Shown piece after piece: positions 58,376-64,000 of a stretch of DNA of 64,000 bases (the stretch's first letter is position 1; every line of letters begins with the position of its first letter). Origin of the DNA: Candidatus Melainabacteria bacterium 17Bon1m (GTDB lineage Bacteria > Cyanobacteriota > Vampirovibrionia > Obscuribacterales > Obscuribacteraceae); NCBI GenBank assembly GCA_032128875.1, contig JAVLKG010000004.1:576001-640000 (forward strand). Reading direction: 5' to 3'. A program made the translations under genes and the position numbers. The notes under the pieces are model-generated. The model was not told the DNA's origin. It saw nothing but the letters and a program-made list of their open reading frames with translations, and did no database searches.

Positions 58376-61300
58376 CTAGGCGCCCGGCGGTGTCTGTTCT
58401 CCGCCACCGCTGCCATTGTTGCCGCCATCACTGCCGCTTCCACTTCCCCCATTGAGAATGCTCTTACGCAATTCAACCAATTGCTGCCCAATCTCAGATC
58501 TGGGGTTAATTGCAATTCCACGGGTGCATGTCGCTACCGCATTTGCGCTTTCGCCACGGGTCACCTGGCAATTGGCCAAATGTAGATATAAGATCTGACT
58601 GGTAGGATTCTTCGCAATCGCATCTTCAATTATTTTGATGGCTTTGTCCTGCTGTCCAGAGCCCATCAGCATATCGATGTAGATGACGGTATCTTGCGGT
58701 CCCAGAGCCCCGAGGGGATACAGCGCATCAAACTGACCTGCAGCTTCACCAAGCTGGTCTGCCTGCTTATAAGCGTAAGCAAGATAACGTCTGGCTCTCA
58801 CATCCTTCGGATTCATCTTAACCGCCTGCTCCAATGTTGGAACAGCCGTCAGATAGTCGCCTCGCTTGTATGCGCTGTAGCCGTCATTTATCAATGTATC
58901 GAAGGGTTTAGCTGCAAGTGAAGCCAAATAGGCATCACTCGGACCTTCACGTTGAACACCAGTGGAACGCACGCGTGTGATTTTAGCAAATGCTACGCGA
59001 GCCTTGTCTAGAGCCACTTTTGCATCCGACTGCGAGGGGTCCAGAGCAACAACTTTAGACAAGTCTTCTTGCGCACTGGCAAACTTCTCTTGCTGCAAAT
59101 ACAGCATCCCTCGAGACTTGTATGCGATGACGTTTTTAGGATCGAGCTTCAGTGCCTCACCGAAGTCTTCCGCCGCACGCATTTTGTTGCCGAACTTCAC
59201 GCTAAGCAATCCATGTTTGACAATCGCATCGACATCCGACTTATCCATTTCCATTGCTTTTTCAGTAGTGACAATGCCCTCACCAACCTTGCCAGACGCT
59301 GCCAGAGCATCGGCTAAGGCCAAGATGACATCACTATTGTGTGGAAATTTCGTTTCTGCCTCTTTTAAGTCATCAACAGCTTTTGCGGCTTGTCTATTAG
59401 CAATCTGAAATTGCGAATTGACAATATACAGCTGAGCTGTTTGCTGCGCTCCCATCAGCTGTTTCGCTTTGCCTATGTCTTTTCCGGCAAGATCAAGCTT
59501 ACGATCATTGATATACGCTTGCGCACGCTCAAGCAGAATACTGGAGTCCTTTGGACTGAATTTAATTGCCTTCTCAAACTCGCCATAAGCATCTGCATTC
59601 TTCTTTTGTGCAAGACGCAGTGCTGCTCTCGCGGCATACACAGGACCGCTCTTCGGATTTTTCTTAACGACAGCGTCGAGATCCTTTTGCGCATTAGCAA
59701 TGTCACGCATGCCTATGTAAGCACGCGCCCGCAGAATCAAAACTTCCTTGTTTGCAGGGCTGGCAGCAAGCGCTTTGCCAGCTTCAATGATTGCGCGCTC
59801 GTAAAGTCTTTTCTCATTCGAAACCGCAATCTTGCCGATCATAGCGGGGAGATAATTCGGCTTGCGATCGAGGCATCGATTGTACATGTCTGCCGCTTTC
59901 TGTAAATCGCCAACTCTCAGATAAGCATTAGCCAGGCTAAGCAACTGGTCAAAACGCCAGGATTGCTCGCCTTCTTGTTGCAAGAGCTTCTCATAGTCGG
60001 CAACAGACTGTGCGTAATTTCCCAACTTATAGCTGACAGCTGCTCTACGTTCTAACGCATCTCGCATATCAGGGCTCAATTTGAGAGCCGTATCGTATTC
60101 ATTGTATGCGTCGTTATACTTTTCAGTCAGATAGAGCGCACTTCCCTTCAAGAAGTGAGCTTCGGCGGACAAGGGATACAGAGTCAATGCGATGCCGAGC
60201 GAGCTAAGTGCACCATTGTAATCCTTCTTTTGCAAAGCTTGACGTGCACTAATTGTCTCCGCACGCACAGTCATCACAGCAGCAAGAGTGCTTAATATAG
60301 CTACCGCGGCAATGATCAACATGGCGCGTTTTTGAGGCAAATACGATTTCACCACAGGTAGCGTATGAGCCATCTTCTGCATGACTTTCAGCTTCTCGCG
60401 TGCAATTTCGCGCTCCGGAGACGGCTCTTCGAGAGGAGCAAGACGCGCCACTGCCGGTGATGGCGTTCGTCCCCGCGACCCATCTTTCTTACCTGGTGTC
60501 GCCGATGGTGCGGTGCCTAGATCGGGAAGTTTCGCAAGAACATCTTTGAGACTATCAGTACTAAGAGCATCCAGATTGCTCTCATCTACTTGCTCTTCAA
60601 GCTTCTTGAGGGCAGCAATTATGGCTGCTTTCTTCTCCGGTGACTCTTGCTTAACAGCGTCACGAATCTCGTCTTTGGGAGATTTTACATCTTCTGCTGC
60701 ATCAGCCTTTGCAACAACAGGCTCTGGCAGTTTAAGAATCTGAAGAGCCGCAGTTTCAGCCTGCTCTATTGAATTTTTCTTCTCGGGTTTGTCGATCGAC
60801 TCAGGCTTGTCTTGCCCTTTTTCTGCTTTTGCCTGCGCGCCTTCTGCTCTCTTCTTGGTAACGAAATCGCTGAGCTTGACTCTTTCAGGCTTGTAGAACT
60901 TATCAACGCCGGCGAGTTTTTCTTCTTTTGGCTCTTCTGTCTTAGGTGGAATATCGGTCTTGAGAAAGTCTGGTACATCAGCAGCAGAGCCAGAGAACGC
61001 AACCTCTTCGTCAATAGCTGCGGAGTTTGCAGTGTCAGCTAAAACTTCATCATCGGAATCCGACGCAAACTCTTCAATTTTAGAAATCTCAAGGTTCTCT
61101 GAAACTTCGGAGACTTCCGGAGCTTCCTCCACTTCAGCAGTAGCTGAAACACTAGAAGCTTCCGAAAGTTCCCAGACCTCAGAGACCTCAGAGACTTTAG
61201 AACCGACTGCAGAATCTGCAACCTTCGCATCAGTGGCTTCACCGTCAATGGACTCAGCGTCAATTGACGTGGACTCAATGGCACGCTCAGCGGCTTCGGT

Positions 61301-62893
61301 CTCAATAGCTTCAGTAGTGGTTGGCTCTTCTTTTGCGACAACAGGCGGAGACTTTGCTCTATCGGCAGGTTTTATGACCTTTAGAACACCAGTTAGTGGC
61401 GTATCGTCAGTCGGCTCCATTGCTGCCAAGCCAGATCTAGATGTTTTGGCATCTTGAGGTTCGACAATGACCTTCTTAGGTGCTGTTTCAATTGAAGCAG
61501 CGGAAGGGGCAGCTACTTCAGGCTCATCTTCAGCCAGGAGAGCCGCTAATTCTTCTTCAGGGGTGCGAGAAAGCCTGGAAGTAGTTCCAGTCTTCTCCAT
61601 ATGAGGAGCGTCCTTCTTTCCTTCTTTGGTTTCTTCGCCGGTAGTTCCATCTGCTTTAGCCGCCGATTCTTCTCTTCCAGCAACAGCAGATTTCATCTCT
61701 TCTGTAGCCTTAGGTCCGCCGATACGTTGCGCTTTTATTTCCTTCTTGGATGACTCAATGCGTCCAACTTTTCCTGGAGCACTGGTTGATTTGTCTGTTT
61801 TCTCGTTCTTCTCAAGCTTTTCCTTCTCGACACGTTCTTTCTCTTGGGCTTCTTGCTCCAAGCGCTCACGTTCATCAGCTTTTTGTCTTTCCTGCTCTTC
61901 AAGTTCGCGAGCTTCAGACTCCTCTCGTGCGCGAGCTTCGGCTTCTTCGCGCTCCCTCGCTGCTTCTTCCTCTGCCTCTCTTCGCGCTTCTTCTTGTCTC
62001 GCCTTCAGCTTCGCTGCGGCTTCTTTCTGCAGGCGCTCGCGCTCTGCTATCTCACGCTCGGCTTCTTCTCGTTCTGCCTCTTCCTTCTCAGCCCTGGCTT
62101 TAGCGGCGGCAGCAATTCTTTCTTCTTCAGCTCTTTCTTCGCGATCCTTAGCCTCGCGTTCTTCACGCTCTCGAGCTTCTCGCTCTTCCCTCTCCCGCGA
62201 CTCCTGCTCAGCTCTCTTGAGCAGTCTTGCTTCCAGGGCCGCGCGCTCTCGGGCTTCCTCTTCTTCCTGTTCGCGAGCGAGACGCTCTCTGGCTTCTCTC
62301 TCTGCCCGTTCTTTATCTTCATGCTTCGAACGCACTGCATTTTGCTTGGCGGCAAGTTCTTTGGCTGCTTCTTCTTCCGCCCGTTTCTTCAGGGCTTCTT
62401 CACGCTCCGCGGCTTCTCGGGCTGCGAATTCACGCTCTGCCTTTTCACGCTGCGCAGCGGCTCTTGCCGCCTCTTCACGCTCAGCAGCTGCTTGTTTAGC
62501 ACGCTTAGCAGCAGCTTCTTTCTCCTCCTGTTCTCTTACAGAAGGCGATGCTTGCTGTTGAGGCATTTCCTTGCTTGCGCGTTCGGCACGCACGCGTTCA
62601 ATACGCTCGACTCCATCCTTTGGCGGTTCAGAAAGCGCTTTGAGCTTAGTATTACTAACCTTGCTCATATCGACGGTTTTGTTTATGACAGCGTCAAGTT
62701 CGTCTTCTTCTTCGTTGGCCGTCAAACCCCAGCCCATTGAGAGCTCGTCCATGAGGTTTTCGTCATCAGAATAAATAAAGCCTGCTGGCGGCATCTTGCC
62801 AGGGTTTTGCTTTGAAGACGCGCCGCTGTTAGCGGAGCCTGACCCGCTAGATGGTCTTTTTTGTTCGCCCGAGTCTGTTTTGGGTTTTCCCAT
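58376..62893 (-). CDS. 1505-aa bitopic protein: charged helical/disordered N-terminus, one TM helix, long TPR array
   Basis: E/R/K/A-rich region, TM AMLIIAAVAILSTLAAVMTV, many TPR units. Confidence 0.92.
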   Translation of the reverse strand: MGKPKTDSGEQKRPSSGSGSANSGASSKQNPGKMPPAGFIYSDDENLMDELSMGWGLTANEEEDELDAVINKTVDMSKVSNTKLKALSEPPKDGVERIERVRAERASKEMPQQQASPSVREQEEKEAAAKRAKQAAAEREEAARAAAQREKAEREFAAREAAEREEALKKRAEEEAAKELAAKQNAVRSKHEDKERAEREARERLAREQEEEEARERAALEARLLKRAEQESREREEREAREREEREAKDREERAEEERIAAAAKARAEKEEAEREEAEREIAERERLQKEAAAKLKARQEEARREAEEEAAREREEAEARAREESEARELEEQERQKADERERLEQEAQEKERVEKEKLEKNEKTDKSTSAPGKVGRIESSKKEIKAQRIGGPKATEEMKSAVAGREESAAKADGTTGEETKEGKKDAPHMEKTGTTSRLSRTPEEELAALLAEDEPEVAAPSAASIETAPKKVIVEPQDAKTSRSGLAAMEPTDDTPLTGVLKVIKPADRAKSPPVVAKEEPTTTEAIETEAAERAIESTSIDAESIDGEATDAKVADSAVGSKVSEVSEVWELSEASSVSATAEVEEAPEVSEVSENLEISKIEEFASDSDDEVLADTANSAAIDEEVAFSGSAADVPDFLKTDIPPKTEEPKEEKLAGVDKFYKPERVKLSDFVTKKRAEGAQAKAEKGQDKPESIDKPEKKNSIEQAETAALQILKLPEPVVAKADAAEDVKSPKDEIRDAVKQESPEKKAAIIAALKKLEEQVDESNLDALSTDSLKDVLAKLPDLGTAPSATPGKKDGSRGRTPSPAVARLAPLEEPSPEREIAREKLKVMQKMAHTLPVVKSYLPQKRAMLIIAAVAILSTLAAVMTVRAETISARQALQKKDYNGALSSLGIALTLYPLSAEAHFLKGSALYLTEKYNDAYNEYDTALKLSPDMRDALERRAAVSYKLGNYAQSVADYEKLLQQEGEQSWRFDQLLSLANAYLRVGDLQKAADMYNRCLDRKPNYLPAMIGKIAVSNEKRLYERAIIEAGKALAASPANKEVLILRARAYIGMRDIANAQKDLDAVVKKNPKSGPVYAARAALRLAQKKNADAYGEFEKAIKFSPKDSSILLERAQAYINDRKLDLAGKDIGKAKQLMGAQQTAQLYIVNSQFQIANRQAAKAVDDLKEAETKFPHNSDVILALADALAASGKVGEGIVTTEKAMEMDKSDVDAIVKHGLLSVKFGNKMRAAEDFGEALKLDPKNVIAYKSRGMLYLQQEKFASAQEDLSKVVALDPSQSDAKVALDKARVAFAKITRVRSTGVQREGPSDAYLASLAAKPFDTLINDGYSAYKRGDYLTAVPTLEQAVKMNPKDVRARRYLAYAYKQADQLGEAAGQFDALYPLGALGPQDTVIYIDMLMGSGQQDKAIKIIEDAIAKNPTSQILYLHLANCQVTRGESANAVATCTRGIAINPRSEIGQQLVELRKSILNGGSGSGSDGGNNGSGGGEQTPPGA

Positions 62894-63514
62894 CTGATTC
62901 TGACTAAGACTCCCGAAGGAAGGTCAAGCTGGTTTCAATCCGCGCGCCACAAGCGCACAGAGACTATTTGAACAGCGCAAGTGAGCCAAAAAGCACCCGC
63001 TGTTGCACTATTCACTTTCCCCGATATATAAGACCTCTAACATCACTAGAGATATAGAGTAAAGAGCAGTTCGCAATCGGCAATTCTCCGTTCATCTCTC
63101 TCGAAAACACGCGCTTATCAGTCGCTTGAACAAAGCGAAGTTTGGAGAAATTGAGCTTGATTTCGGAAGGTGTTTTCATCAAATTCTCCGCCAAGACTGG
63201 CGACGGAACTACCACCGCCAGTGGTGGCACGTTTTGATTCAGAGTGTAATAAGACACTGATGCCACGCTTATTGGCTAAGTTCAGTGGCACCAGTACTTT
63301 TGACCCTTGCCCAACTCGCCGTGGTGTATCCAATTGAAGACTGTTAAGCAAAATTGGGGTACTTTGTGTCTACTTTCAGTAATTTGACTTATAGACACCT
63401 TAGAAAGGTCCAATTGCTGCCCAAAAACGGACGTTTCTACTGAGTGTAAAAGACTTACTTCAACCCATTCCAACTGTCGGATATTCAAGAATAACTCTTT
63501 TCTTTAATAGATAC

Positions 63515-63659
63515 AGTCGTCTTGTCCATCATACGACAATACGAATAATAGACAATAGAAAATACAACACATCGACAATACGACTTGTGTACAATTCTTA
63601 AATCAGACAATTGGCGGACTGGAAGATGTTAAGGACATTCCACAACTTTTCCACAACTT
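63515..63659. repeat. intergenic short-repeat array
   Basis: About seven degenerate 8-bp units (atacgaca-like) at 63531-63585, an inverted copy at 63515-63529, and an exact tandem ttccacaactt x2 at 63638-63659. Confidence 0.6.
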
Positions 63660-63747
63660 TGCCATATGCTCGCTGTAATTCTTGGAAACCTTCCCTTTCC
63701 CTCCCTATACTTTTTACTAGCCCCTAACCGGGTGCAATGGCGGTTTC

Positions 63748-64000
63748 ATGTTTGACACAAGCAGCTCCACGTCTCTGCCTGCCTCTGGTGGCGCCTCACC
63801 ACAGGCAGTTAAAGAGGATTTCGGACGTTTAGTGCGTCGAATACAGCAATCTAACTCTGGACAATTTGCTCCAATAAAAGAAGTCGAGACCGATTCCGGC
63901 AAGGTTTTCGTTGTTCATAACCGTGACTGGAGTCAATACCGGCGTTTGGCTATGCAGGCTCAAGAAGCTGGCAATCTCGCTCAGGCAGAGTTTATGTGGC
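63748..64000 (+). CDS. hypothetical protein, probably TPR-like (runs off the window end)
   Basis: Manual translation MFDTSSSTSLPASGG...DWSQYRRLAMQAQEAGNLAQAEFMW, open to the end. Confidence 0.7.
   Translation, partial: MFDTSSSTSLPASGGASPQAVKEDFGRLVRRIQQSNSGQFAPIKEVETDSGKVFVVHNRDWSQYRRLAMQAQEAGNLAQAEFMW

Noticed and set aside
61626-62740. Long plus-strand ORFs (311 and 298 aa)
   Set aside because: Antisense shadows of the E/R/A-rich low-complexity coding region, with Ser/Phe-rich non-protein-like composition
63490-63660. oriC or CRISPR array
   Set aside because: Only one or two DnaA-like boxes and no dnaA/dnaN nearby; repeats are 8-11 bp with no spacers and there are no cas genes

Overview
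Chromosomal, gene-dense bacterial DNA with about 50 CDS and one tRNA-Asn(GTT). No rRNA, CRISPR array, integrase, transposase or phage genes were recognised. The content includes fabZ-lpxA followed by a cyanobacterial-type MFS, many TPR proteins, paralogous Hanks-type kinases, a multi-MshEN-like protein and no photosynthesis genes. This suggests a diderm non-photosynthetic cyanobacterial relative (Vampirovibrionia/Melainabacteria, Obscuribacterales-like); the taxon is inferred, not proven. Housekeeping genes include a mitochondrial-type aconitase, icd, xth, rnd, a cysQ-like phosphatase, kynA, gluconokinase, AmpG, a class A PBP and acyl-CoA enzymes. The most unusual elements are: (1) an operon of four divergent paralogous exported glycine-zipper proteins with a shared His/Gly-rich C-terminal motif and intercistronic hairpins (43370-45199); (2) an exported protein of seven 12-aa ESESGG repeats directly behind a TPR gene and near an S41 protease (5194-8014); (3) an exported protein with three GGWDxNNxRIS repeats next to a TPR gene (49648-49956); (4) a stand-alone protein with four MshEN-like repeats; (5) a short-repeat, operator-like array at 63515-63659. 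Functions for these are hypotheses. Start codons were re-chosen from the ORF track where RBS or signal-peptide evidence supported it.
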